DNA from: an uncultured Candidatus Saccharibacteria bacterium
Lineage (GTDB): Bacteria > Patescibacteriota > Saccharimonadia > Saccharimonadales > CAIOMD01
DNA length: 64,000 nucleotides
Direction: 5' to 3'
Assembly: GCA_964566135.1 (NCBI GenBank)
Contig: CAZMHM010000004.1
Location: 12,596 to 76,595, forward strand
The notes under the pieces were generated by a model that did no database searches, was not told the DNA's origin, and worked only from the letters and a program-made list of their open reading frames with translations. Both the position numbers and the translations under genes were made by a program. Positions 36,576 to 45,797 of this stretch are shown here, piece by piece; the first letter of the stretch is position 1; each line of letters begins with the position of its first letter.

Positions 36576-36602
36576 TTAGCACTCATGTGTCAAGAGTGCT
36601 AA
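36576..36602. promoter_or_regulatory. CIRCE operator (HrcA binding site)
   Basis: Perfect TTAGCACTC-N9-GAGTGCTAA, 37 nt upstream of the hrcA start. Confidence 0.9.
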
Positions 36603-36622
36603 TTACATTATTTTCTCGTATC

Positions 36623-37363
36623 TTATCGTAAGAAGTTATCAATATCTGCCAAAAGCTGCTGCGCATGTGAATGAGCAGCAGTCTGCTCTGCTTCGCCAAA
36701 GCTACTACTAATAATGTGCTCGTGAAGTTCTTCTACGGTAACTTTAATTTCCCAGTTAATGATGAACCTGAAGTATGAGCGTTGTAGTGCAAGTTGAATT
36801 TCTTCCATGGCACTCATAAGGCGACGTCGTTTTTCAGCCGGATCCATGACACCACGCCCATCCATCCGCTTCATCCATTCTTCGAATGTAGGCGGCAAAA
36901 TAAATACCGCCAGCGTTGTATCACTGAAACTCTTTATGTTGTCACACCCGTGAATCTCTACATCTGTAATCGCAATCTTGCCGGTTTGTGCTGCCGAGCG
37001 AATTTCGTTAAGACTAATACCTGAAACTTGCTGGTTGTGGATAATCGCTGCCTCTATATATGCGCCATTTTTAAGACCTTGTAAAAACTCATCTTCGGTC
37101 TTAAACCAATACTCTTCACCGCTTCTTTCGGGGACACCGTTATTAATTCGTGGCCTACGTGTGGTATCTGAAACCAAAAAATGATAACGCCCCGTCATGA
37201 TAAGAGTATTGATAATAGTGTTGCGGCCAGACGCAGACGGACCTGAAACAATTACTAGTTGTGTCGTTTGCAATATATCGAGAATTTCGAGACTCGGTTT
37301 GTAATCACGCAAAATTCGTTGAAAATCGTGTAAATGTCGTAGTGGCGATGCATCGTTAGACAT
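36623..37363 (-). CDS. Guanylate-kinase-like protein with degenerate P-loop and N/C-terminal extensions
   Basis: GK-fold blocks (SDTTRRPR, EEYWF, GAYIEAA) are present, but the P-loop reads GPSASGRNT instead of GPSGxGKS/T. Confidence 0.65.
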   Translation of the reverse strand: MSNDASPLRHLHDFQRILRDYKPSLEILDILQTTQLVIVSGPSASGRNTIINTLIMTGRYHFLVSDTTRRPRINNGVPERSGEEYWFKTEDEFLQGLKNGAYIEAAIIHNQQVSGISLNEIRSAAQTGKIAITDVEIHGCDNIKSFSDTTLAVFILPPTFEEWMKRMDGRGVMDPAEKRRRLMSAMEEIQLALQRSYFRFIINWEIKVTVEELHEHIISSSFGEAEQTAAHSHAQQLLADIDNFLR

Positions 37364-37408
37364 AGGTATACTATACGTGAACCTATACGTTCACTAAAGG
37401 AGTTTTTT

Positions 37409-37864
37409 ATGGCGCAAGCACCAGATTTTTCGTTACCAGACCAAAACGGAGTAACTCACACACTATCACAGTACAAAGGTAAGTGGGTTGTTGTGTACTT
37501 TTATCCCAAAGACGCCACTCCCGGCTGCACAAAAGAAGCATGTAATTTTAGAGATGGCCGTGAGTTTTTAGAGGGAGCAGGAGCTGTTGTGCTTGGAATC
37601 AGTAAAGATAGCGTAGCAAGCCACAAAAAATTCGCAGACGCGCACAAGCTTAACTTTACCCTGCTAAGTGATACTTCGACAGAGACGATTCAAGCATATG
37701 GTGCGTGGGGTAAAAAGAAATTTATGGGCCGCGAATACTTTGGTATTAATCGTAATACGTATCTAGTTAACCCTAAGGGCGAGCTCGTAAAAACATACGA
37801 GGGCGTGAATCCGTTAACCCATGTTGGCGAGTTGCTAAAAGACTTACAAGAGCTTTCAAACTAA
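37409..37864 (+). CDS. bcp: Thiol peroxidase Bcp (peroxiredoxin)
   Basis: FYPKDATPGCTKEAC motif. Confidence 0.9.
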   Translation: MAQAPDFSLPDQNGVTHTLSQYKGKWVVVYFYPKDATPGCTKEACNFRDGREFLEGAGAVVLGISKDSVASHKKFADAHKLNFTLLSDTSTETIQAYGAWGKKKFMGREYFGINRNTYLVNPKGELVKTYEGVNPLTHVGELLKDLQELSN

Positions 37865-39642
37865 TCTCGTTTGAGCATGACTGTAAAGGCTTCGGCCGGA
37901 ATATCGACTTTACCAAAGCGCTTCATGCGCTTTTTACCTTTAGCCTGCTTGGCAAGTACTTTCTTTTTGCGAGTTACGTCACCACCGTATAAACCAGTGG
38001 TGACGTCTTTTCGGTATGCACTTAAATCTTCGCGCGCAATAAAACGAGCACCAACCGCAGCCTGTAGTGCAACTTGAAAATTTTGCCGTGGAATGACTTC
38101 TTTGAGTTTTTTAACTGTTACACGCCCTAGGCTATCTGCTTCGGTTTTATGCACCATTACGCTTAGTGCATCAACGCGTTCGCCAGCTACGTAAAAGTCT
38201 AGGCGTACTAAATCTTCTGCCTTGTATTCGTGAAGCTCATAATTAAATGAGCCATAGCCACTGGTAATACTTTTAAGTTGGTCGTAAAAATCGGTAAGCA
38301 AGTTGGCGAGTGGTGCGTCAAAGCTCACAAGCGCAAGTTGCGCATCAACGTAACTCAGATTTTTATGAAGCCCTCGTTTTTGGACAATCAATTGGATGAC
38401 CGCACCGACATATTCTTTAGGGCAAACAACTTCACCTTTAATCCACGGCTCTTTAATTTCAAGTATTTGGGCTGGATCTGGTAGGTCGCTAGCACTTTTG
38501 ATATCGAGTTCATCGCCATTATTAAGCGTAATGTGATAGTCGGTACTTGGATTTGTAATAACAAGCTCAAGCCCATACTCACGTTCGAGACGTTCTTTAA
38601 CGATGTCCATATGCAGCAAGCCCAAAAACCCTATACGCACGCCAAAACCTAGCACAGGGGAATTTTCTGGTGCGAACTGTAAGGCAGAATCGCTAAGGCT
38701 TAGCTTTTCGATAGCATCTTTTAGCAACTGATAGTTTTCGTTACTATCCGGAAAGAATCCAGCATACACAAACGGCTTAACTTCTTTATAGCCTGGCAAC
38801 GCTTGCTCGGCTGGGTTATTAGCAAGCGTAACAGTATCACCTACCCGCGCTTCGCGAGTACTCTTAAGGTTTGTGACTACGTAGCCAATTTCACCTGATT
38901 CTAGTTTATTCGTGGAGAACATATCGGGCTTTAAGCACCCAACCTCAAGTGCAATACCACTACTGCCGGTTCCCATCATTTGCATGACATCAGACTTATT
39001 AAGCGAACCGTCGAACACGCGCAAATATAAAATAACACCGCGATAATCATCGTAATAACTATCAAAAATTAGGGCACGTGTCGGTGCGGTTTGATTACCT
39101 TTTGGTGGTGGTACCTGCTCTACAATCGCATCAAGCACTTCTGGAACGCCCGCGCCAGTCTTAGCAGAAATATGCAAAATATCTTCTTTAGCGCAACCAA
39201 GTAGCGATATAACTTCCGCGCTTACCCGCTCGACATCGGCGGCCGGTAAGTCAATTTTATTTAGCACGGGGATAATCGTTAAGTCTGCAGCGAGTGCCAA
39301 ATAAACATTGGCGAGTGTTTGAGCTTGAATACCTTGGCTGGCATCAACAACTAAAATTGCACCTTCGCATGCTTCAAGACTACGCGAAACTTCGTAGCTA
39401 AAATCAACATGGCCAGGGGTATCAATCAGGTTCAGTTCGTAATCTTTGTAGCCCATACGCACAGGAGCCAATTTAATGGTAATGCCCTTTTCGCGCTCAA
39501 GATCCATCTTATCGAGTAATTGCGACTTCATGTTCCGCTTATCGACTGTCTCGGTAATTTCCATTAGCCTATCTGCCAAGGTACTTTTACCGTGGTCAAT
39601 ATGAGCAATAATGCAGAAGTTTCTAATGTGGTCGTATTTCAT
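37861..39642 (-). CDS. lepA: Translation factor LepA (EF4)
   Basis: IRNFCIIAHIDHGKSTLADR and DTPGHVDF motifs, plus the LepA C-terminal domain. Confidence 0.97.
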   Translation of the reverse strand: MKYDHIRNFCIIAHIDHGKSTLADRLMEITETVDKRNMKSQLLDKMDLEREKGITIKLAPVRMGYKDYELNLIDTPGHVDFSYEVSRSLEACEGAILVVDASQGIQAQTLANVYLALAADLTIIPVLNKIDLPAADVERVSAEVISLLGCAKEDILHISAKTGAGVPEVLDAIVEQVPPPKGNQTAPTRALIFDSYYDDYRGVILYLRVFDGSLNKSDVMQMMGTGSSGIALEVGCLKPDMFSTNKLESGEIGYVVTNLKSTREARVGDTVTLANNPAEQALPGYKEVKPFVYAGFFPDSNENYQLLKDAIEKLSLSDSALQFAPENSPVLGFGVRIGFLGLLHMDIVKERLEREYGLELVITNPSTDYHITLNNGDELDIKSASDLPDPAQILEIKEPWIKGEVVCPKEYVGAVIQLIVQKRGLHKNLSYVDAQLALVSFDAPLANLLTDFYDQLKSITSGYGSFNYELHEYKAEDLVRLDFYVAGERVDALSVMVHKTEADSLGRVTVKKLKEVIPRQNFQVALQAAVGARFIAREDLSAYRKDVTTGLYGGDVTRKKKVLAKQAKGKKRMKRFGKVDIPAEAFTVMLKRD

Positions 39643-39670
39643 CGTATCGGGGTTATTATACCTGATATAT

Positions 39671-41242
39671 CTAAATCTTTATCTGTCTAAGTACAATTCG
39701 TCTGATTCTATCTACCACCAACTTTGCCTCTTCGAGCCCAAATATATACGAAACCACCGTATGGACAAAGAATGTAACACCGGCAATAAGACATAAGTTA
39801 AAGAGCAAGATGAAGCCTTGATCGAAATACCCAAGTGGGAATAGTTTTACAGTAATATAGGCGGCAATCGCACTAAAACCAGTGACGGATAGTATTTTTA
39901 CAAGCTGCCGCCGAAAATCTTTATCAAACAAAGTTCTATCACGTTTTATCATTATGAAAACTAAAATTCCAACTTCAGTTGCGGCTACGATGCTCTGCGC
40001 CATTGCGAGACCCGCTATTCCGTATGCCGATGGTTTTGATAGATTATAGGCAAGTACGATATTAAAGAAGATGACAAAAATAGAGACATATAGCGGGGTT
40101 TTTGTATCTTTATGTGCATAAAAGTAGCGCGAAATCATCGTGTAAATAATCCTGAAAAAGATAGCGATACACAAAAAGCCAAAAATCATGGCAATCTGGC
40201 TATTCCCCCTAGCGAAGATAATTCGGGATAAGTAGCCGCGCGCGAAGAAGCTTACAACAACTACGGGGAGTGCAATCCAAATCATAGTGCGCAAAACCCG
40301 TAGGAATTCTTTGCGGAATAAATCAGCTCGCCCCTGCGCAAGTCGCATTGTCAGGCGCGGGAAAGCAGCAGTAGAAATTGCGTTACCGATAAGCATGACT
40401 GGTGCGTTATATAGCACGAGGGCGTTTTCGTAGTTAGTAACCGAGCCAATGCTTAGATGTGAAGCAAACCGTGTTTCGACAATACTATTAATGTTATCGA
40501 TACCCTGGTCGACCGAACGGGCTGGTAAGATGCGCAGCACTTCTCGGAAACTCTTGTTTTTGAAATCAATCTTGGGACGATACTTAAAGTTAAGCCCAAC
40601 CATGCCCAGCGCCACAACGAGTAGTTGCAAAACCGCGCCAAGCGCCACGCCGAGGCTTAAGCCAACAATGCCATATTTATCCCCAAAAATGTAAATGCTG
40701 GCAATGATGGCTGAGTTATAAAATAGCGGCGCAACTGCAAAGAAGAAGAACCTGCCGACTGACTGCTGTACTGTTGTTAAGACGGTAGAGATAGAAAACA
40801 AGAATATATTAACAGAGATAATCCGCATAATTGCCACTGATAGATTGAGTTGCTCTGGAGTAAAACCTGGCGCAACAATATATCGTAGTAACGGTTCGGC
40901 AAAAATAATAATAAGTACCGCGGCAAAAAAGCCAACGATAGCCAGTGCATTTAATATGTAGCTCGCGACCTCCCAGGCAGACTGACGGTTTTTCGCTAGT
41001 CGTTCACTAAGAATAGGCAGGAACGCAACCCCAAGCGCACCAGACGCTAACGTAAAGAATACAAAGTCTGGAATCTTAAAGGCAGCAAAGTAGGCATCAG
41101 ATTCGAAGTTAATAAAGTTTGCATTAATAAGCTTGGTGCGCAAAATACCTAACACAATACCCAGTAAAGAGGCCGCGGCTAGTAATGTAGCGGCAGATCC
41201 AAGTGAGAGTTTTTTGTTGGCACGACTTAATATGCGGTTCAT
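39671..41242 (-). CDS. murJ: Lipid II flippase MurJ (MviN family)
   Basis: 523-aa polytopic MOP-family protein with a typical N-terminus. Confidence 0.88.
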   Translation of the reverse strand: MNRILSRANKKLSLGSAATLLAAASLLGIVLGILRTKLINANFINFESDAYFAAFKIPDFVFFTLASGALGVAFLPILSERLAKNRQSAWEVASYILNALAIVGFFAAVLIIIFAEPLLRYIVAPGFTPEQLNLSVAIMRIISVNIFLFSISTVLTTVQQSVGRFFFFAVAPLFYNSAIIASIYIFGDKYGIVGLSLGVALGAVLQLLVVALGMVGLNFKYRPKIDFKNKSFREVLRILPARSVDQGIDNINSIVETRFASHLSIGSVTNYENALVLYNAPVMLIGNAISTAAFPRLTMRLAQGRADLFRKEFLRVLRTMIWIALPVVVVSFFARGYLSRIIFARGNSQIAMIFGFLCIAIFFRIIYTMISRYFYAHKDTKTPLYVSIFVIFFNIVLAYNLSKPSAYGIAGLAMAQSIVAATEVGILVFIMIKRDRTLFDKDFRRQLVKILSVTGFSAIAAYITVKLFPLGYFDQGFILLFNLCLIAGVTFFVHTVVSYIFGLEEAKLVVDRIRRIVLRQIKI

Positions 41243-41296
41243 GAATAACCTTGGTTATGATTATAGGTTTTTATGGCAATTAATTCGAGCTAAAAA

Positions 41297-43162
41297 CTAA
41301 TAAAGTGCTGCGTCTTTAGGTAGCTTAGTGCCAGTAAGTAGCTTATCTACTTCTTCGGCCTCAACAGTTTCCTTATCAAGCAATGCGTCTTTTAGTGCTT
41401 CTAGGTGCTTAAGATTTGCTCGAATAACAACACGAGCACGCTTGGCTGCCTCGGTAATAAGGTTTTCTACCTCTTCATCGATAACCTTAGCTGTTTCGTC
41501 TGAATACTGACGCTCGTGGACAATTCTATCCATCATCATGCCGTCTTCTGTGTGGAAAACTTGATTTCGAAGCTTTGTACCCATTCCCTGATTTACAACC
41601 ATTTCACGGGCAAGTTCTGCGGCTTTTTGTAAGTCGCTACCCGCACCAGTCGTAACGCGATCTGGCCCAAGGATTACTTCTTCTGCGATGCGGCCACCGA
41701 GTGCGCGTGCAAGGATATCTTTATATTCGATTATCGATGTATAAACTCTGTCTTCTGGTGGCAAGAACCACGTTACACCGCCCGTACCACCTCGTGGAAT
41801 GATTGTTACCTTGTGTACAGGGTCACTGTCTGGTAATACATGGCCAACGATTGCATGACCTGCTTCGTGATAAGCTGTTGTCGCTTTGTCAGCTTCGGAC
41901 ATAATCTTATTTTTGCGTTCTGGGCCGATTGCTACCTTTTCGAATGCAGAAGTGATATCGTCGTTCGTAATTTGCGTTCTGTCAGCGCGGGCAGCAATAA
42001 TTGCTGCTTCGTTGGCGATGTTTGCAAGATCAGCACCGCTCGAACCGGCAGTCTTTGCAGCAAGTGCATCAAGATCAACATCTTTAGAAACAGGTTTTTT
42101 AGCAAAGTGAACTTTAAGAATCTCAAACCTGTCTTTTCGATCTGGCAAACCAATACCTACTCGACGGTCAAAACGACCAGGGCGCAATAATGCCGGGTCA
42201 AGCACGTCCATTCGGTTTGTAGCCGCAAGTACAATAACATTCTGACCTTGCTCAAAACCGTCCATCTCAACCAAAATTTGATTAAGGGTTTGCTCGCGTT
42301 CATCATGGCCACCACCCATACCGCTACCACGGCGACGGCCGACTGCGTCAATTTCGTCAATAAAGATAATACACGGTGCGTTCTTTTTAGCCTTTGTAAA
42401 TAAATCACGTACACGGCTAGCGCCAACACCAACAAACATCTCGACAAATTCTGAACCACTAATGCTAAAGAATGGTACATTTGCCTCGCCAGCAACAGCT
42501 CTCGCCAACATTGTTTTACCGGTTCCCGGAGGGCCGACAAGAAGTACGCCCTTAGGAATCTTGGCGCCAACACCTAAGAACTTTTTAGGAAACTTTAAGA
42601 ACTCTACTACTTCTTCTAAATCTTGCTTGGCTTCTTGATTACCAGCAATATCAGCAAACTTAACTGCTTCTTTTTCGGTGCCATACAGGCGCGCACTACT
42701 CTTGCCAAAGCCCATAGCCTGGTTACCTTGACCTTGCGCAGAGCGAAGCATAAATACCAGTACAAGTGTAATGATAATTACAGGCAATAAGTTAATCGCG
42801 ATTGCCGTCCAGGTAGAACCGGCATTCGATGATGCTTTGAAATCAACCGTTACATCTCGGTTCGTAAGACCACCAGGACCATACAGACTTGTCCCTGCTT
42901 CTTTACGAGTAACTTCGGTAGCTTTATCGCCACCCTTTACGGTAACTTCTACTTTTTCGCCATCAACAACAAGTCGACTTATTTCGCCTTTGTTAGCACG
43001 ATTCATTACATCGTTATACGACTTATTAGCGAGCTTGGCTGGCTGGTTGTAACTTAAAAAGAATATTGCGGCAAATGCGGCAATAATAAGGATAAATCCG
43101 ATGTTCTTGAACCATTTACGCTGGCTCGTCTGTTTCTTCCCACGTGGTAATTTTTTCTCCAT
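41297..43162 (-). CDS. ftsH: ATP-dependent zinc metalloprotease FtsH
   Basis: GPPGTGKT Walker A, the SRH region and the HEAGHA zinc site. Confidence 0.98.
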   Translation of the reverse strand: MEKKLPRGKKQTSQRKWFKNIGFILIIAAFAAIFFLSYNQPAKLANKSYNDVMNRANKGEISRLVVDGEKVEVTVKGGDKATEVTRKEAGTSLYGPGGLTNRDVTVDFKASSNAGSTWTAIAINLLPVIIITLVLVFMLRSAQGQGNQAMGFGKSSARLYGTEKEAVKFADIAGNQEAKQDLEEVVEFLKFPKKFLGVGAKIPKGVLLVGPPGTGKTMLARAVAGEANVPFFSISGSEFVEMFVGVGASRVRDLFTKAKKNAPCIIFIDEIDAVGRRRGSGMGGGHDEREQTLNQILVEMDGFEQGQNVIVLAATNRMDVLDPALLRPGRFDRRVGIGLPDRKDRFEILKVHFAKKPVSKDVDLDALAAKTAGSSGADLANIANEAAIIAARADRTQITNDDITSAFEKVAIGPERKNKIMSEADKATTAYHEAGHAIVGHVLPDSDPVHKVTIIPRGGTGGVTWFLPPEDRVYTSIIEYKDILARALGGRIAEEVILGPDRVTTGAGSDLQKAAELAREMVVNQGMGTKLRNQVFHTEDGMMMDRIVHERQYSDETAKVIDEEVENLITEAAKRARVVIRANLKHLEALKDALLDKETVEAEEVDKLLTGTKLPKDAALY

Positions 43163-43171
43163 AAGTTGTAA

Positions 43172-44095
43172 TTATACGTGCTTTACGGCCTCTTGCCTAC
43201 CTCGAGATTGCTGAAATCTCGCAGAACGCTTGGTGAGCAATATTGTGACGCCACTTGCCTGTAGTGTTTTACCATGCGCCAAGGTCTTAATTTGTACCAC
43301 TAGGCGCTCGATTGTTTTTCTATCGATATCTTTTGCGCCAGCCCTACGAAGCAAGTTGTGTATAACCTCTTTAGCAATATCGTGTGGCAATGAAATAAAC
43401 CAAGCTCTATTTAAAATAAGTTGGTCTTTATGCAATCCACGACGCAAAAGATGTTGAATCTCTGCATCGAGCTTTTCGTTATTATTATGCGTTCTTTCAA
43501 GTGTTGTTAGCCACTGTCTTTTTTGCTCGACAGTCATTGCAGGCACGACCTCGTGGCGAATTTTATTACGCAAATATTTCGTGTCTGTGTTCGTGCTATC
43601 CTCGCGCCATTCCAGACCATGCGAGTGTGCATATTCGATTATCTCTACTTTTGGTATCCCCAAAAGAGGACGCATAAGTTCGGAAGTACTTTTGAGGGAG
43701 CTAAGGCCGTGGCGACCCGTACCGCGCAAAATATTAATCATGCTTGTTTCGATAACATCGTCTTGGTGGTGCGCAGTAATAATTGCGGCGGCGTTATATT
43801 TTTTGAACATCATGCGCAAAAATGCATATCGCTTTTCACGGGCTAATGCCTCACTTGCACCGTGCCCCAGTTCGGCTCGTTCAGATTCAAACGGTACGTG
43901 GTACTTTGTAGCGAGGTGTGCAACAAATATTGCATCCTGCGCGGAGTCTTCCCGAATACCATGGTCAAAGTGTGCAATTACCAGCTGTAGGTCTGCCTGC
44001 TTGGCGAGCATATCAAGTAAGACGACAGAATCGACACCACCAGAAACCGCAACAATATACGTACCCGGCGGAACTAATACATGCTCACTACTCAT
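43172..44095 (-). CDS. tilS: tRNA(Ile)-lysidine synthase TilS
   Basis: VAVSGGVDS PP-loop. It sits directly upstream of ftsH, a common arrangement. Confidence 0.9.
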   Translation of the reverse strand: MSSEHVLVPPGTYIVAVSGGVDSVVLLDMLAKQADLQLVIAHFDHGIREDSAQDAIFVAHLATKYHVPFESERAELGHGASEALAREKRYAFLRMMFKKYNAAAIITAHHQDDVIETSMINILRGTGRHGLSSLKSTSELMRPLLGIPKVEIIEYAHSHGLEWREDSTNTDTKYLRNKIRHEVVPAMTVEQKRQWLTTLERTHNNNEKLDAEIQHLLRRGLHKDQLILNRAWFISLPHDIAKEVIHNLLRRAGAKDIDRKTIERLVVQIKTLAHGKTLQASGVTILLTKRSARFQQSRGRQEAVKHV

Positions 44096-44118
44096 AGCCG
44101 TCTTATGATATCAGCATT

Positions 44119-44868
44119 TTACAATTGCCTAGCAAGGTAGCTACGACCACCGGACAGCCACGCGTCGCTTACCAGTAATGATGCATATAAATCTTTATCA
44201 ACTTCATACGTTAGTTCATCACTAGCGATTAATGAGTCTGAGAAAGTAACCATGGTTGCATCTTCGGCAATTACAATTGGAGTCTGCTCTTGACCCTCGC
44301 CCATTGCTAATGTTGCTAAAGATGCGAGGTTCTGCGCGATGTTTGAGCGACTAATACGCATGGTTCTTCCATATAGGTCTTTTGTTCCGCGATAATCTTT
44401 TAGCGGCTCAAAGCCTGCATAAGCAATTGCTTGACCCACAGTGCCGAGATTGAGTGGAATAGATCGGCTGTCTACAGCTAGCACTCCGCATGTTCTTAGA
44501 TTGAATTTACTCATTAGACAGCCGCGAATTTCTTGTACTGTTTGCTGAATGTGGCTTGGTAATAGTACTAAACAATTATCGACATTTGACTCATCTATTC
44601 CTGCTGCTGCGGCAAGCTTGCCGCCAGTGATGGTGATTGTTGAGCCAAATGGATTCAGAGTTGAGGGAATATACCATTCGCATTCCGCGGCAATAAGGTC
44701 AACCTTATTGGTGTCTAGTGAGCATATATCGCTTTGGCAAAGCGCAATAATCTTACTACTTATGCAGACAACGGAGCCCTCGGCAATATTTGGAATACTT
44801 TTCTGTAACAACTCAAATAGATCATCGCCTGGGCTGACGAGTGGAGTTTTGTAAGCTGTTACTATCAT
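44119..44868 (-). CDS. CofE-like (F420-0:gamma-glutamyl ligase family) protein
   Basis: SSKIIALCQ and AAGIDESN resemble CofE-family blocks. About 250 aa, the family's usual length. Confidence 0.6.
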   Translation of the reverse strand: MIVTAYKTPLVSPGDDLFELLQKSIPNIAEGSVVCISSKIIALCQSDICSLDTNKVDLIAAECEWYIPSTLNPFGSTITITGGKLAAAAGIDESNVDNCLVLLPSHIQQTVQEIRGCLMSKFNLRTCGVLAVDSRSIPLNLGTVGQAIAYAGFEPLKDYRGTKDLYGRTMRISRSNIAQNLASLATLAMGEGQEQTPIVIAEDATMVTFSDSLIASDELTYEVDKDLYASLLVSDAWLSGGRSYLARQL

Positions 44869-44885
44869 GTTTAAACATCAAACTA

Positions 44886-45377
44886 TTATTGTAAAAAATG
44901 AGCCCAAGCTACGGCTGAAGAATCGGCAAACATATCTGGCATTTCTTTTAGTAATTGCACAAGGTCTTGCTTGGTAAACCAGCCAAGTTCCTCCACTTCG
45001 GACTCTTGGCGTTTTAGGCTCACATTGTTATCGACAATTAAACCGAACCACTGCACAAAATATGGACCTGTATTTGCCCTGACAAGCATTTTTTTAAGTT
45101 TGATTGGTTTTTTAAGTTTAAGGCCGAGCTCTTCTTGAGCTTCTCGAATGATATTTTCGTCATAGGATTCACCCTCCGTAACGGTGCCGCCAACCGCGGC
45201 GGCCCATTTACCTGGATCATGCTTTTTATCAAACGAACGCTGGGCAAGCAAAATATCGCCTGCCTTATTCGTGACCCATAGCGCGGATATGCGATATATA
45301 TCATCTTTCGTGATTTCGGAGCGTTTTTTAACACCAATTACTTCATCGTTTTCATTAACAATCTCAAGTCTTTCCAT
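44886..45377 (-). CDS. NUDIX hydrolase
   Basis: Nudix box GGTVTEGESYDENIIREAQEELGL. I chose start MERLEIV. Confidence 0.85.
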   Translation of the reverse strand: MERLEIVNENDEVIGVKKRSEITKDDIYRISALWVTNKAGDILLAQRSFDKKHDPGKWAAAVGGTVTEGESYDENIIREAQEELGLKLKKPIKLKKMLVRANTGPYFVQWFGLIVDNNVSLKRQESEVEELGWFTKQDLVQLLKEMPDMFADSSAVAWAHFLQ

Positions 45378-45398
45378 AACTACCAGTATACATACCAT

Positions 45399-45431
45399 AA
45401 AAAAATGACCACACGGGTGATCATTTTTTTA
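45399..45431. terminator. Hairpin flanked by A- and T-runs between tRNA-Met and the NUDIX gene
   Basis: AAAAAATGACCAC-ACGG-GTGATCATTTTTTT with one mismatch in the stem. Confidence 0.5.
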
Positions 45432-45508
45432 TGGTAGCGGCGCCGGGGATCGAACCTGGGACCTTAGGCTTATGAGTCCTACGCTCTAACCAACTGAGCT
45501 ACGCCGCC
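45432..45508 (-). tRNA. tRNA with CAU anticodon, elongator tRNA-Met type, CCA encoded
   Basis: GGCGGCGTAGCTCAGTTGGTTAGAGCGTAGGACTCATAAGCCTAAGGTCCCAGGTTCGATCCCCGGCGCCGCTACCA. It folds as a cloverleaf but with a G1.U72 pair and mismatches at 31:39 and 51:63. Confidence 0.8.
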
Positions 45509-45561
45509 ATATTTAAGCCAGCTTAGTTTAGCATATCTGTATCTGTTAGGCTAGTTTTATT

Positions 45562-45598
45562 TAGACAATAAAACACCCATCGTGATGATGGGTGTTTT
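45562..45598 (-). terminator. Rho-independent terminator (10-bp stem) after the 26-aa mini-gene
   Basis: AACACCCATC-GTGAT-GATGGGTGTT, followed on the reverse strand by TTTATTGTC. Confidence 0.6.
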
Positions 45599-45621
45599 GC
45601 GGGAGATTACCCTACGCCCGT

Positions 45622-45702
45622 TTACACCAATAGTGAGTCAATACTCAAAATGGCTTGGTCGCTTGTAGGAGTAAGCTCATAGCTAATACCAATATCGCTC
45701 AT
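45622..45702 (-). CDS. Candidate 26-aa peptide gene with its own promoter, SD and terminator
   Basis: Manual translation gives MSDIGISYELTPTSDQAILSIDSLLV. AGGAG lies 7 nt upstream of the ATG. Confidence 0.35.
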   Translation of the reverse strand: MSDIGISYELTPTSDQAILSIDSLLV

Positions 45703-45757
45703 TGGTTTACTCCTGTTGTTTTGTTTTTGGTTTTTGCTTTTTTATGGCAATGATGTC

Positions 45758-45786
45758 ATTGTATACATATTTTGCGCATTTGTCAA
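45758..45786 (-). promoter_or_regulatory. Near-consensus sigma70 promoter for the mini-gene
   Basis: Reverse strand: TTGACA (45786..45781), 17 nt, TACAAT (45763..45758). Confidence 0.5.
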
Positions 45787-45797
45787 GAGCCTTATGC

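Noticed and set aside
42157-42573. 138-aa alternative-frame ORF within ftsH
   Set aside because: It is on the same strand as ftsH but out of frame with a strongly conserved gene, and it has no independent signals.
45622-45702. The 26-aa peptide as a precursor for the ATP-grasp ligases (graspetide-type RiPP)
   Set aside because: The nearest ATP-grasp gene is about 14 kb away, with many housekeeping genes between. No leader or core repeat pattern is visible. I kept it only as an unassigned mini-gene.
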